Shown: piece by piece, positions 1-12,806 of the stretch | How positions within the stretch are numbered: the first letter of the stretch is position 1 | Layout of the letters: the number at the start of each line of letters is the position of its first letter | Assembly: GCA_048128005.1 (NCBI GenBank) | Contig: JBEUKZ010000130.1 | Coordinates: 186,001 to 227,671 of the forward strand | Direction: 5' to 3' | DNA from: Veleropilina oligotropha | Taxonomy: Eukaryota | Length of the DNA stretch: 41,671 bases | Translations under genes and position numbers: made by a program | Notes under the pieces: generated by a model | Seen by the model: only the letters and a program-made list of their open reading frames with translations | The model's database searches: none | What the model was told of the DNA's origin: nothing

Positions 1-416
1 GTGTTCAGTGGTGCCGTGTGTTCAGTGGTGCCGTGTGTTCAGTGGTGCCATGTGTTCAGTGGTGCCGTGTGTTCAGTGGTGCCGTGTGTTCAGTGGTGCC
101 GTGTGTTCAGTGGTGCCGTGTGTTCAGTGGTGCCGTGTGTTCAGTGGTGCCGTGTGTTCAGTGGTGCCGTGTGTTCAGTGGTGCCGTGTGTTCAGTGGTG
201 CCGTGTGTTCAGTGGTGCCGTGTGTTCAGTGGTGCCGTGTGTTCAGTGGTGCCGTGTGTTCAGTGGTGCCGTGTGTTCAGTGGTGCCGTGTGTTCAGTGG
301 TGCCGTGTGTTCAGTGGTGCCGTGTGTTCAGTGGTGCCGTGTGTTCAGTGGTGCCGTGTGTTCAGTGGTGCCGTGTGTTCAGTGGTGCCGTGTGTTCAGT
401 GGTGCCGTGTGTTCAA
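1..416. repeat. 17-bp minisatellite (GTGTTCAGTGGTGCCGT)n, truncated by window edge
   Basis: Near-perfect tandem unit visible directly; the ORFs 1-466 are repeat artefacts. Confidence 0.97.
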
Positions 417-750
417 GGCAGCTGAAACGTAACAATTCTGATAGATTCCTTTTGAACAATAAATAATTTGTTCAATTTACTCGGTTATGTACTTGCCCAA
501 ACGATGTTACAATATTTTAAGTATGGTAAAATGAGGCTATTGTACAGTGTGGGCAAAATAAACGAAGGAAGCGATTTTCTAAGATGACAGATGACACCAA
601 TACTTTTTGAAACGTTATTACATAATATATTGTTGATGTGCGATTGCCAGTTTATATTTTGATCAAGTGTTACTCTGAGAAATTTTGTTTGTTCAACTTG
701 TGATAATTTGTTTTCATCTATATATACATCAAAACCAGTTTTGGGGTAAT

Positions 751-2253
751 TTTTGGCTCGCATGCAGCGCAAATGCGAGTCTATGTAATGAGCATGTCGT
801 CTGGCCATTTGTCCGTCCGTCCGACCGGCGTCAACAATTGGTTCGCCTGTTAAAGTTTTTGGTGAAAGTTTCTCAATCATGCTATATAAGCAACAATATA
901 CATGTTTTTATATTTCTATATGCTAGATATCACTATATCATCGTTACCTCGTACTAAATAAATAATATTGAAGGTAATTTCCTTCGAATTTCACCATAAA
1001 ATGCTGCTTTTGGACTTAAAGTTAAAGTTATTGGTTAGAGATTCTCAATCATGCTATATAAGCAACAATGTGTTTAGCATTACTATGTGTTGGATATCAC
1101 TATTTCATTGTTATCTGACCATAAATAAATAATATTGAAGATAATTGTGTCCCGGAAACGAAGTTTATGGGGGGGAGGCTATTGGACTCGGCTTGTCTGT
1201 CTGTTGCAAATTCTCTTCCACGCCATATCTACGATAATATTTCGTCTAGAGACACGAATCTTGATGTGTGAATGCATCATAACCCAAAGGTGTGTTGCGT
1301 ACCAAAAGTAGCTCACCGCGACCTACTTTTCACGATTGATCGCACTTGGTTCGAAATTCCCTTCCACTCCATATCTTCCATACTATTTGACCGAGGGACA
1401 CGAAACTTGATGTGTGCATGCATCTTAACCCAAAGGTGTGTTGCGTACCAAAAGTAGGTCACCACGACCTACTTTCCACGCTTACCTGCGTTAGGTCCAA
1501 AATTCCTTTCCACTCCATATCTCCCATGCTATTTGACCTAGAGACACGAAACTTGATGTGTGGATACGTCATAACCCTAAGGTGTGTCGCATACCAAAAG
1601 TAGGTCACTGTGACCTACTTTCCACGCTTGACCACATTCGGTCCAAAATCCCCTTCCACTCCATATCTCCCATACTATTTGACCGAGGGACACGAAACTT
1701 GATGTTTGCAACGTCATATCCCAAAGGTGTGTCGGGTACCAAAAGTAGGTCACTGCGACAGCCTGTTCCTGGGTCAAGTGTTTTGGGGGGGGGGGACTTA
1801 TGTGATAAGTCTAGTTATATGGTCACTTATGGTCACTTATGTGATAAGTCTAGTTAATTCAAATTATGGTCACATATGGTCACTTATGTGATAAGTCTAG
1901 TTAATTCAAATTTCACCATAAAATGCTGCTTTTGGACTTTTTCTCAAGCATGCTATATATGCAACAATAGGCATACTTTGGCATCTTCCTTTGTCAGATA
2001 TCACTATTTCATTGTCATCTAACCCTGGAGTAGAAATATTGAAAGCAATTTAATTGAAATTCTGCAATAAATAGTCATTTTAGACTTAGAAATTTTTTCT
2101 TTTTATGCAACTTTTTATATGCTTTATATCATAATATGTCTAATTCAAATTGACAATGTCATCTACTATTGAATGTAGAAATATACTCATGAAATATAAG
2201 TGATTGATGAGCAGTTCCACGCATGCGAGCCATTTCGAGCTTTAGCTCTTGTT
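751..2253 (+). mobile_element. HINE/Helentron-like non-autonomous element with a nested ~150-bp tandem-repeat element (~1150-1800)
   Basis: Sub-terminal inverted repeat GGCTCGCATGC (755-765) / GCATGCGAGCC (2221-2231), 5' palindrome, (GTCC)n microsatellite, 3' hairpin GAGCTTTAGCTC, T-rich ends. Confidence 0.65.
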
Positions 2254-2380
2254 TCTCTTGTTGTTGAATATTATGGAATTGGTTTTCTTGATATTTAATG
2301 ATAATTTGTTTATTTTGAACTAGAGACTAATATGTCAGAACTCTTTCTTTACTATTTGTATCAGATCGTTAAAGTTTTTG

Positions 2381-2638
2381 TGCGGCAGCGCAGTGGGTAA
2401 GAGTGTCCACTCAAAATTCACTGGCTTGATTCCGCTAATGCGAACAGTAGTGGGTTCAATACCTGCAATACCTGGCTGAGGCATTGACATTTGTTCAAGT
2501 TATGAATCACAGTTGTCCACGACTGGCCGATAAGGGCGGGTTTACCCAGGCGACAGGGGTTTCCATCCCGCGATAACACGGACATGTCCTGCCTTGATGT
2601 TGTAAATATACAGGATATTAAGCATCATTCCTCCTCCT
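2381..2638 (+). mobile_element. tRNA-derived SINE-like insertion
   Basis: A-box-like GCAGCGCAGTGG, B-box-like GGTTCAATACC, simple-repeat tail (CCT)n; splits the LINE reading frame. Confidence 0.5.
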
Positions 2639-2910
2639 GAGTGAAAAAAATATTGGTGTCATAATCAAAAGGTATACATTTTAATAACGGAGATGTGTTG
2701 GCTAAGTCGTTTACATACAGTATGAACAATAGTGGTCCAAATATCTTGAAGGTCAGTATTGAACAGCTGCTTAGAATATCAAAATTATGTGAACTTCCAA
2801 ATGTTCGGCAGAATGTGCTGTTTAAATATTCTGATTGATCTATTTAAAATTGTAGCCGTTAGAATGCTAATGCTGCCAGTGTCTTCATATCTTTCAGCAC
2901 AATTGCTGCC

Positions 2911-3039
2911 ATGGCGACACTTGAATTGGATCCAGTGTTTGTTAAGGCACTGAAGCTGCTGCACTCGAAGAGTAAGGATTCGACAGAACAACTAAAACAG
3001 TTACTGGATGACGCAATCGCTCAACGAAATGCCGCTAAG
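2911..3039 (+). CDS. INTS12: Integrator complex subunit 12, coding exon 1
   Basis: [33 protein letters not shown] matches the conserved INTS12 N-terminal microdomain; acceptor TTTCAG ending 2897, donor AAG|GTAATA. Confidence 0.92.
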
Positions 3040-3295
3040 GTAATAAATATGTTGCGGATTGTAGATGAAGTTGTGTATGCTATCCGCTCCTGCACTTGAG
3101 TGTTGATGCGGCATCACAAAGCAGGATTCCTGGACCCTGTCAAAGTGTGGTTTAGAATTACATGTATCTCAAAAATATCAAGTGATGTTCATTTCTGTAT
3201 GTGATATTAGATTTTTCATCGCTGTTGTTTTTTTCAAGCTAATAAACTCCAATTTCAATCGACGTTGATTGTTTCGTCGCTGTTGCATTCTTCAG

Positions 3296-3394
3296 GGTGA
3301 AACACAGGCAGAAAAACCACCAACTAAAACTTCGGCACAGGTGTCAGAGGAACAAGTAAAGAAGAGAGAGAGCGACATGAAAAGTCTCGAGAAG
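3296..3394 (+). CDS. INTS12: INTS12 coding exon 2
   Basis: TTCTTCAG|GGT...GAGAAG|GTTAGA, 99 bp, open frame, phase 0/0 compatible with its neighbours. Confidence 0.75.
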
Positions 3395-3409
3395 GTTAGA
3401 GAAATAACA

Positions 3410-5325
3410 TATATATATATAGGCTATACCAGCCAGAGGGGGGCATGAGGAATGACATATATATAGGGTATATGAGCATGAGGGGGCCGTGAAAAGTGAC
3501 ATATATGTATAGACTATACCAGCATAAGGGGGCCGTGAAAAGTGACATATATGTATAGGCTATACCAGCATTAGGGGGCCATGAAAAGTGACATATATGT
3601 ATAGACTATACCAGCATAAGGGGGCCATGAAAAGTGACATATATGTATAAACTATACCAGCATAAGGGGGCCGTGAAAAGTGATATATATGTATAGGCTA
3701 TACCAGCATGAGGGGGTCGTGAAAAGTGACATATATATGTATAGGCTATGCCAGCATGAGGGGGCCGTGAAAAGTGACATATATGTATAGGCTATGCCAG
3801 CATGAGGGGGCCGTGAAAAGTGACATATATGTATAGACTATACCAGCATGAGGGGGGCGTGAAAAGTGACATATATGTATAGGCTATACCAGCATGAGGG
3901 GGCCGTGAAAAGTGACATATATGTATAGGCTATGCCAGCATGAGGGGGCCATGAAAAGTGACATATATGTATAGACTATACCAGCATGAGGGGGCCGTGA
4001 AAAGTGACATATATGTATAGACTATACCAGCATGAGGGGGCCGTGAAAAGTGATATATATGTATAGGCTATACCAGCATGAGGGGGTCGTGAAAAGTGAC
4101 ATATATGTATAGGCTATGCCAGCATGAGGGGGCCGTGAAAAGTGACATATATGTATAGACTATACCAGCATGAGGGGGCCGTGAAAAGTGATATATATGT
4201 ATAGGCTATGCCAGCATGAGGGGGCCGTGAAAAGTGACATATATGTATAGACTATACCAGCATGAGGGGGCCGTGAAACGTGACATATATGTATAGACTA
4301 TACCAGCATGAGGGGGCCGTGAAAAGTGACATATATGTATAGACTATACCAGCATGAGGGCGCCGTGAAAAGTGACATATATGTATAGGCTATACCAGCA
4401 TGAGGGGGCCATGAAAAGTGACATATATGTATAGGCTATGCCAGCATGAGGGGGGCCATGAAAAGTGATATATATGTATAAACTATACCAGCATGAGGGG
4501 GGCCATGAAAAGTGACATATATGTATAAACTATACCAGCATGAGGGGGCCGTGAAAAGTGACATATATGTATAGACGATACCAGCATGAGGGGGCCGTGA
4601 AAAGTGACATATATGTATAGACTAGACCAGCATGAGGGGGCCGTGAAAAGTGACATATATGTATAGATTATACCAGCATGAGGGCGCCGTGAAAAGTGCT
4701 ATATATGTATAGGCTATACCAGCATGAGGGGGGGCCGTGAAAAGTGATATATATGTATAAACTATACCAGCATGAGGGGGCCGTGAAAACTGACATATAT
4801 GTATAGACTATACCAGCATGAGGGGGCCGTGAAAAGTGACATATATGTATAGACTATACCAGCATGAGGGGGCCGTGAAAAGTGATATATATGTATAGGC
4901 TATACCAGCATGAGGGGGCCATGAAAAGTGACATATATGTATAGACTATACCAGCATGAGGGGGCCATGAAAAGTGACATATATGTATAGACTATACCAG
5001 CATGAGGGGGCCGTGAAAAGTGACATATATGTATAGACTATACCAGCATAAGGGGGCCATGAAAATTGACATATATGTATAGACTATACCAGCATGAGGG
5101 GGCCATGAAAAGTGACATATATGTATAGGCTATACCAGCATGAGGGGGCCGTGAAAAGTGACATATATGTATAGACTATACCAGCATGAGGGGGCCATGA
5201 AAATTGACATATATGTATAGGCTATACCAGCATGAGGGGGCCGTGAAAAGTGACATATATGTATAGGCTATACCAGCATAAGGGGGCCATGAAAAGTGAC
5301 ATATATGTATAGACTATACCAGAGA
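3410..5325. repeat. 46-bp intronic minisatellite (~41 copies)
   Basis: Unit CCAGCATGAGGGGGCCGTGAAAAGTGACATATATGTATAGACTATA. Confidence 0.97.
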
Positions 5326-5414
5326 GAAGGGGTATGATAAGGTCAGAGAGGTGACATGTATTTCAGATGTGAGTGTGATTGGTGGATATTCTTGCCTTCT
5401 TCAGTGATAAAAAT

Positions 5415-6975
5415 GTCTATGTTTTGGTGTGAGCATCCTGATGATATGTCTATGTGTAAGTGTGAGCATCCTGATGATATGTCTATGTGTAAGTTTGAGC
5501 ATCCTGATGATATGTCTATGTGTAAGTGTGAGCATCCTGATGATATGTCTATGTGTAAGTGTGAGCATCATGATGATATGTCTATGTGTAAGTGTGAGCA
5601 TCCTGATGATATGTCTATGTGTAAGTGTGAGCATCCTGATGATATGTCTATGTGTAAGTGTGAGCATCCTGATGATATGTCTATGTGTAAGTGTGAGCAT
5701 CCTGATGATATGTCTATGTGTAAGTGTGAGCATCCTGATGATATGTCTATGTGTAAGTGTGAGCATCCTGATGATATGTCTATGTGTAAGTGTGAGCATC
5801 CTGATGATATGTCTATGTGTAAGTGTGAGCATCATGAGGATATGTCTATGTGTAAGTGTGAGCATCATGATGATATGTCTATGTGTAAGTGTGAGCATCA
5901 TGATGATATGTCTATGTGTAAGTGTGAGGATCCTGATGATATGTCTATGTGTAAGTGTGAGCATCCTGATGATATGTCTATGTGTAAGTGTGAGCATCCT
6001 GATGATATGTCTATGTGTAAGTGTGAGCATCCTGATGATATGTCTATGTGTAAGTGTGAGCATCCTGATGATATGTCTATGTGTCAGTGTGAGCATCCTG
6101 ATGATATGTTTATGTGTAAGTGTGAGCATCCTGATGATATGTCTATGTGTAAGTGTGAGCATCCTGATGATATGTCTATGTGTAAGTGTGAGCAGCCTGA
6201 TGATATGTCTAGGTATAAGTGTGAGCATCCTGATGATATGTCTATGTGTAAGTGTGAGCATCTTGATGATATGTCTATGTGTCAGTGTGAGCATCCTGAT
6301 GATATGTCTATGTGTCAGTGTGAGCATCCTGATGATATGTCTATGTGTCAGTGTGAGCATCCTGATGATATGTCTATGTGTAAGTGTGAGCATCCTGATG
6401 ATATGTCTATGTGTAAGTGTGAGCATCCTGATGATATGTCTATGTGTAAGTGTGAGCATCCTGATGATATGTCTATGTGTAAGTGTGAGCAGCAGCAATA
6501 ATAATAATAATGGTAATCTATTTATAGAGCGCCAAATTACACTCTCGCTGTTCACAGGCGCCTTACATATTATTATTCCCTGGTTATGGGCCTGTTCCAC
6601 TCAATATGCCATCTCAACTCCCTCTGAAAGCATTACAATCATTTACACACAGGTAGCGCCGGGACTTACATAACAGTAACTGCCAACCAGGTACCCATGA
6701 AGGTCGATTGGGTTGACCGAGGCAAATATATGGATATTTCCTTGCTTAAGTTAAATCGCTGAGCTTTAGAGGCGAACGCAAGACTGTGTGACCAGATTCT
6801 TGTGAACAACCCACTGAACCACGATGGCAAGATAATCATTAATATGTCTATGTTTCAGTGTGAGCAGCATGATAATATGTCTATGTTTCAGTGTGAGCAG
6901 CATGATAATATGTCTATGTTTCAGTGTGAGCAGCATGATATTATGTCTGTTTCAATGTGAGTAGCATGATAATAA
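5415..6975. repeat. 33-bp intronic minisatellite, interrupted by a SINE at ~6497-6830
   Basis: Unit GAGCATCCTGATGATATGTCTATGTGTAAGTGT; diverged copies resume at ~6836-6975. Confidence 0.95.
6497..6830 (-). mobile_element. tRNA-derived SINE with trinucleotide tail
   Basis: Minus-strand head with A-box TGGTTCAGTGG and B-box-like GTTCG; (AAT)n tail at ~6497-6512. Confidence 0.55.
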
Positions 6976-7033
6976 ATCTCACACAAATCAAACCAGCCTT
7001 TAAACATTTATTCATGATTTCTGTTTGCTTCAG

Positions 7034-7329
7034 CTAAAACAAGATTTGACCGGGTTGTCTCACGAGGCGAAGAAACCACGACTCGATCCACCTCGACCCA
7101 GTAAGGAGGAAAAGCTACAGAAGGAAAGAGAGAAAGAAAAAGCACGTAAAGAGAAGGAACAGAAAGAGAGAGAAGAGAGGGAGAGGAAGGCTGCCGCTGA
7201 GCGCGAGCGTTTACGGGAGGCAGAGGATAGCAGCAGTAGTAGCGCAGACGATGCGGAGGATGATGGCAGCTCGGACGTGGCAGCAGATGACTTCGCGATG
7301 GACCTAGGCATCTCGTGCGTCGTCTGCAG
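7034..7329 (+). CDS. INTS12: INTS12 coding exon 3 (charged linker and start of PHD finger)
   Basis: TTCAG|CTA...; encodes LKQDL...DDFAMDLGISCVVCR; donor AG|GTGAGA, phase 2. Confidence 0.9.
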
Positions 7330-7995
7330 GTGAGAGTTGTGACTTGGACCTCGTGTGTCGTCTGCAGGTGAGAGTTGTGACTCGGACCTCATGTGTCGTC
7401 TGCAGGTGAGAGTTGTGACTCGGACCTCATGTGTCATCTGCATGTGAGAGTTGTGACTCGGACCTCGTGTGTCATCTGTAGGTGAGAGTTGTGACTCAGA
7501 CCTCGTGCGTCATCTGCAGGTGAGAGTTGTGACTCGGACCTCATACGTCATCTGCAGGTGAGAGTTGTAGACATCACGTGTGTCGTCTGTAGGTGAGACT
7601 CGGACCTTGTCATCTCATGTGATGTCTGCAGGTAACAGTGTGACTTGGACCTCAAATCTTGTGTGTCATCTGCAGGTAGAGTTGTGACTCCAACCTTTAC
7701 ATCTCGTGTGACGTCTGCTGGTAACAGTGTGACTCTTATTCAATATCTCATGTGTCGCCTGCAGGTGAGACTCGGACTTCGGCATGGCATGTGACGTCTG
7801 CAGGTAACGGTGTGACTCGGACCTCAATATCTTGTGTGTCGTCTGCAGTTAGATTTGTGACTCCAACCTTTGCATCTCGTGTGATGTCTGCTGGTAACAG
7901 TGTGACTCGGACCTCAATATCTCGTGTGTCGTCGGCAGGTGAGAGTTGTGACAAGGACCACGATATCTCATGTGACGTCTGCAAGTGAGAGTTGT
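7310..7995. repeat. ~38-bp degenerate tandem repeat derived from the exon 3 donor junction
   Basis: Unit CTCGTGTGTCGTCTGCAGGTGAGAGTTGTGACTCGGAC repeats the exon end and GT donor. Confidence 0.9.
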
Positions 7996-8377
7996 AAGTC
8001 CATTGCTGTTTGAGCCATGTAACTGACTTGATCCTCCAAACTACTTTTGTATATATTTCCATTTTCTAATCTAATGTTAGCATGCCACCACTTCGCTCCT
8101 CAATTTTTAGTGCGAAAGACTGTCTAATTAAATGGCTTATTGCCATACATATCATGTCTTACCAACAGTTTTTTAAATACTTTGCCTGCAGCACAATTAT
8201 ATCGAAACAATTACATAATAACAATATTCTGCATGCAAGTACTATATTTTTCTAGTTGTACCTTTAATTACCCTACTTCAAACAATTATGCTAGATAAAT
8301 TTCACAATTGTTCAATCCATTAAACCAGGCTCTATTAAAGATGTATTTGAGCGCTTTTACTTGATTTATCTATTTAG

Positions 8378-8444
8378 GCAATTTGATGTTAGCTCTGGGA
8401 ATCAGCTTGTGGAGTGTCAAGAATGCCACAATCTGTATCACCAG
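8378..8444 (+). CDS. INTS12: INTS12 coding exon 4 (PHD finger)
   Basis: TTTAG|G CAA...[28 protein letters not shown]; completes the phase-2 codon. Confidence 0.92.
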
Positions 8445-8600
8445 GTGAGACTTGAAGCATAACACAATCACTAACACAACCTGTATCACCAGGTGAGACT
8501 TGAAGCATAACACGATCACTGATACCACCTGTATCACCAGGTGAGACCTGAAGCATCGCACGATCACTGACATCACCTGTATCACCAGGTGAGACCTGAA
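8432..8600. repeat. 48-bp tandem repeat (4 copies) derived from the exon 4 donor junction
   Basis: CTGTATCACCAGGTGAGAC recurs at ~48-bp spacing. Confidence 0.85.
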
Positions 8601-8825
8601 ACACTGCATGATGACTTACACAATTATGATGAAGCAAACTATTAGTTTTATGACTTCATTTTACAAAGATTTCAATGATAATGTAGTCTGAGACACCTAG
8701 TTTAACTTCTTTATATGATCTGACAATGTGTTCTACATCACCCACTTATTTTCCAGGTAGATCACCCAGTTCAAACTGTTACTAAATCTAGTAAATCAAT
8801 CATAGGCACTAACTGTTAGATTGAT

Positions 8826-9697
8826 TTTTATCTCCCCGGTTACCAACGGGGGGATCTTGCGATCGCCCGTCTGTCTGTATGTAATCGATATCTCTTACAC
8901 CACTATACATAACTTTTTGATAATTGCAGGGTGTATTAAGTAGTCGGTGAACTGGTGCCCTTTGCCAGTTTCGACGTTGAGCGGCGATTATTAACAGAAT
9001 TACTTCCCTTGTTGTAAATTCGCTAATGTTATCTTTTCCAGACCGTATCTCATACACCGCTCAACATAACTTTACGAAACTTGCTGTGTGTATTAAATAG
9101 TTGGTGAACTGGTGCCTTTTGCTAATTGCAAGGTTGGTAGGCGATTAATAACAGAGTTATTTCCCTTGTTGTAAATTGTTATAATGTTCTCTTTTCCTGA
9201 GCGTATCTAAAAAACCGATTCGGATTGGCATATCTTTATGAAATTTGGTGGGTGTATTCAGAGTTGGTGAACTGGTGGTGCCTTTTGTTAATTTCGACGT
9301 GCGGCGATTAATAACAGAGTTATTGCTTTGTTGTAAATTCGTTAATGTTTTCTTTTTAAGATCATATCTCATAAACCGCTTGGCATATCTTTATGAAATT
9401 TGTATTGACCAGTTGGTTAGCTAATGCCTTTGGCTAATTTCGACGTTAAACAATTGTGCAGAGAATATTAACAGAGTTGTCCTGCTATTAATGACAGACT
9501 TATTTCCCTTGATATTATTTAAAACAGAGATATTTCACTTATTCTATTGTTGTTTCAATCACATACAGCATATAGTACTGTATATAGTGTGAATATAAAT
9601 TGATGGCTCTGTCTTCTCGCTTAAACTTAAAAGCAGGGATGTAGTGTTAAAATTAATGTTCAATCGGGAGGATATGTCTTCTTCTGATGACTCTTGT
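8826..9697 (+). mobile_element. HINE-like interspersed repeat with internal degenerate tandem units
   Basis: 5' CCCCG..CGGGGG palindrome, (GTCT)n microsatellite, repeated GGTGAACTGGTGCC...GGCGATTAATAACAGAG units. Confidence 0.4.
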
Positions 9698-10382
9698 CTA
9701 AATAGATGTTGTATGTTATTTGGGAAGCGAAAACTTGCAGACACATATAGTTATTGATGTACAATTGTACATAATTGTTTTCCGAGATCTTGTATCACAC
9801 TCCCATATGATACGGATTCAGACAACGCCTCCTGCTTATAAATTCAAAATGTCTGCCAAATCTTAGGAACAACTTCATGTCACTATGGAAACACATGTTC
9901 CTTTTTATTATATTTATCGAAATAACAATTTTTGAAGCTTAAATTGCATAATGTTTATTTACATAAATATGAATTCAAATTCCAAATTACAAAAATGCTC
10001 CTGGTAAATAGATGAAAACATTCTTTGCTAGATTAGTTCAAGTTACAATGTCAGTGACGTGATGTAATTTGTGCGCTGATTCGCATTGTTAAATAATCCT
10101 AAAATATTCGCTTTAATACAGTTACATGACTCAAATTACCATACTCTGTCGATTCAATTTAATGCGCAACTTGTTATGGTATATATCAGGAATTATGTAA
10201 ATTTTGACATGTCAGAAACCTCTTGTGATTTCGGCGTTTTTGCGCTGAATGAATTACTCAAACTTCGTGATTAATTCACCGTAAAAATGCCGAACACACT
10301 CAAGGTTTCCAATGAGCCAGAATCCACACAATATTGGTAACATCATTTTCTTAATTTGATACATTCTGGTTCGTCATTGTAG

Positions 10383-10475
10383 GAATGTCATCGCCCTCCT
10401 GTTACAGAACGAGACGTCAACGACCCCCGGTTTGTCTGGTACTGCACCAGATGCATGAAGAGCCTCAAGAAAATG
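10383..10475 (+). CDS. INTS12: INTS12 coding exon 5 (end of PHD finger)
   Basis: TTGTAG|ECHRPPVTERDVNDPRFVWYCTRCMKSLKKM|GTAGTG completes the C4HC3 PHD. Confidence 0.93.
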
Positions 10476-10910
10476 GTAGTGTCCATGCAGCGTTATGACT
10501 TCATCGGGTTTCTGTAGTTACATATATGTGAAGACAGACATATAGCCAAATATTTCCTAATTTGCCAGTTCAGAAAGTAAGAAAGATATCGATGAAATTT
10601 CATGCAAGCCAGAAGAACTTATGCGATGGTATCTGTCATCTCGTTATCACCACTTGATCAACCTTAGCCTGTACACCATGCTCAGATTCATGGTCAATTA
10701 TTGTTCAGTCACGAATTTCATTGTTCGCTTTAAAAGAAATATTTTGGCGCCCTCATTATGTAGGTGAATGGGATGAGAATCTAATTGCAGACTCCTTTCT
10801 AATCACACTAGCGGATTTGTTATAAGAAGCGTAGAATTGTCCATAATGTGATACATGTATCAAACTAATATAAACCATGAATTTGAATTTGTTTATAAAT
10901 TCATTTGCAG

Positions 10911-11039
10911 CAGGTGTCAAAACCCCAGAAAGCAAAAGCCGTTCCAGCACCAAATGTCAGCAAGGATCCAGCCAGCATCCAGAAGCAAATCAAATCGGAA
11001 CCCGGCTCCATGTTTTCATTCAGGAGGGTAGAACCAAAG
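10911..11039 (+). CDS. INTS12: INTS12 coding exon 6 (NAGNAG acceptor: start 10911 or 10914)
   Basis: TTTGCAG|CAG|GTG; encodes VSKPQK...MFSFRRVEPK; donor AAG|GTAAGG. Confidence 0.8.
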
Positions 11040-11264
11040 GTAAGGGTCCAAAGATCATCCAGGTAGGGGTCACATGGTGAGACAGAACTTCAGATAATTT
11101 TTACATAAATTGTGGCTAGTTGATGCACAGTTATTATTTGTAGTATTCTTATTTTCTTCCTGGTGATGCTTTAAAATCAACAACAAAATTTATTGGAAGA
11201 AAATTTTATTCTTGTCGTAAACTTATTTAAATACCTCAAAACATTGTACAATATCCCAAATTAG

Positions 11265-11515
11265 TGATATTTTTCACACAGCAGGCCTTTGTTTGTACTT
11301 GTGATATTTTCACATAGCAGCCCTATGTTTGTACTATTAATATTTATCACACAGCAGCCCTATGTTTCCACTATTGATATTTTTCACACAGCAGCCCTAT
11401 GTTTCTACTATTGATATTTTTCACACTGCATCCCTATGTTTCTACTAGTAATATATATCATACATCAGCTCTATGTTTCTACTATTAATATATATCATAC
11501 ATCAGCCCTATGTTT
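11265..11515. repeat. ~39-bp degenerate minisatellite upstream of the last exon
   Basis: Unit resembling ACAGCAGCCCTATGTTTCTACTATTGATATTTTTCAC. Confidence 0.8.
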
Positions 11516-11539
11516 GTGACTGTTTATTATCTCCTTCAG

Positions 11540-12079
11540 TCCTCCTCCACCAAGGATCCTATATCCAGTCAGAGTGCCAAGCCACTCAGTGGCCTAGCCA
11601 GCCTCGCCGCCAATCTATACGGCAAATCGTCCCATGAGCCGTCAAAGTCTGTGAAGCTCGAACAGTCAAAGTCGAGGTCAGGGTCCGTTTCTAAAGCATT
11701 CCAGTCAGACAAAACTCTGTCCTCGAACACTCCAGAAAGGAAGCTGTCGTTGACTGCAGAACGAGGTGCAAAGCAGGTCATCCAGGATAAGCTGGCAGCT
11801 GCCGCGTTGTTGATGAACAAGAGTGGGATAACTGGAAACAAGGCAGGAGGGTCGGCAGAGGGCGGCAAGAGTGGGCCGTCTGGACTGATGAGTGTGAACA
11901 AAGGGGCCAGCTCGGCTCCAACACCAACATCGGGGAATAAAGGCGGAGGTGCTGCTCCCTTGGTGCCCATATCGGGGAAATCTGGAGAACCCAAAGCCAT
12001 CGCGGCAGATAAACGAATGCAGATGATGAAGAAGAAGGCAGCAGTGAAACTACAGGAGAAGCGCTCGTCACTCAAATGA
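11540..12079 (+). CDS. INTS12: INTS12 last coding exon (spliced protein ~450 aa)
   Basis: CCTTCAG|TCC; Ser/Gly-rich tail ending ADKRMQMMKKKAAVK, similar to the INTS12 C-terminus; AATAAA at 12124 and 12145. Confidence 0.88.
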   Translation, partial: SSSTKDPISSQSAKPLSGLASLAANLYGKSSHEPSKSVKLEQSKSRSGSVSKAFQSDKTLSSNTPERKLSLTAERGAKQVIQDKLAAAALLMNKSGITGNKAGGSAEGGKSGPSGLMSVNKGASSAPTPTSGNKGGGAAPLVPISGKSGEPKAIAADKRMQMMKKKAAVKLQEKRSSLK

Positions 12080-12376
12080 ATTACAGAAGCGTATGCCACT
12101 CAAATGAATCGTGATATTTAGAAAATAAATGCTGTGTAATAGGAAATAAATTGTGGTAATAGTTCATACTTGAATGTTCCAATGTTTGCTTGTATGCATA
12201 GTTTGATGTAACTATTCTTGTGTACAGTACCTTATTTCTAGAAGTGAAATTGCTAAGTTATACTGGAAAGTTGGCTAGTATCTGGTTTCAATGTATTCTC
12301 ATACATTGCAGGATATGCTGACAATATATCCTCGTTGGCAGGAGATGGATTTGGTTTTGTTTGGATCGAAGCTTAA

Positions 12377-12806
12377 AGAGACTTAGGCTATTGCCCGTAA
12401 ATGTGCTCTTTTTTCTTTGAAAAGAAAGCTAACCGCATTACACTTTTTGTTTATAACATAAAAAGTTAGGAAATATATTTACTACCGTTTAAATTAATCG
12501 CTATTGAAGACTTAAAACTAATTAAAAGCGGTCCTCGTTTAATAACCTCGCACCGAGTGACATTTTCAATTGATCAAGTTGGAACCACGTTGCGTAGGTT
12601 ACTGCTCGTCAAGTAGGATAGCTTTCTATTTGACAATAATATATATTGCCCAGTTACATTAATAATTTCAATAAAAATCTATCATTTGATCATATATCGA
12701 TCATGTCTTCGCGAAATTTGTATCAATCTGCGTGAACCGTGCGTTATTGGGTGATTAGTCATGCTACACAGTCACGAAAAGAGCGCATTTACCGGCAATA
12801 GTCTCT
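12377..12806. mobile_element. MITE copy 1 (Kolobok-like, TTAA target)
   Basis: TIR AGAGAC..TATTGCCCGTAAATGTGCTCTTTT / AAAAGAGCGCATTTACCGGCAATAGTCTCT; flanks TTAA and TCAA. Confidence 0.75.

Larger units (their letters stand above)
420..2745 (-). mobile_element. Decayed LINE (CR1/L2-like) RT 3' part, interrupted by a HINE-like element and a SINE
   Basis: Minus-strand peptides GPLLFILYVNDL..FDYDTN (~2660-2740), FKINKLSLNIKKTNSIIF (~2265-2320) and KFLRVTLDQNINWQSHI...LYNSLILPYLKYCNIVW (485-740) are collinear RT-tail motifs. Confidence 0.8.

Noticed and set aside
1..466. Cys/Val-rich ORFs in three frames; possible CRISPR-like array
   Set aside because: Pure 17-bp tandem repeat with no unique spacers; eukaryotic context
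5356..6673. Long ORFs of 381-414 aa (CEHPDDMSMCK repeats etc.)
   Set aside because: Products of a stop-free 33-bp intronic minisatellite open in several frames; not genes
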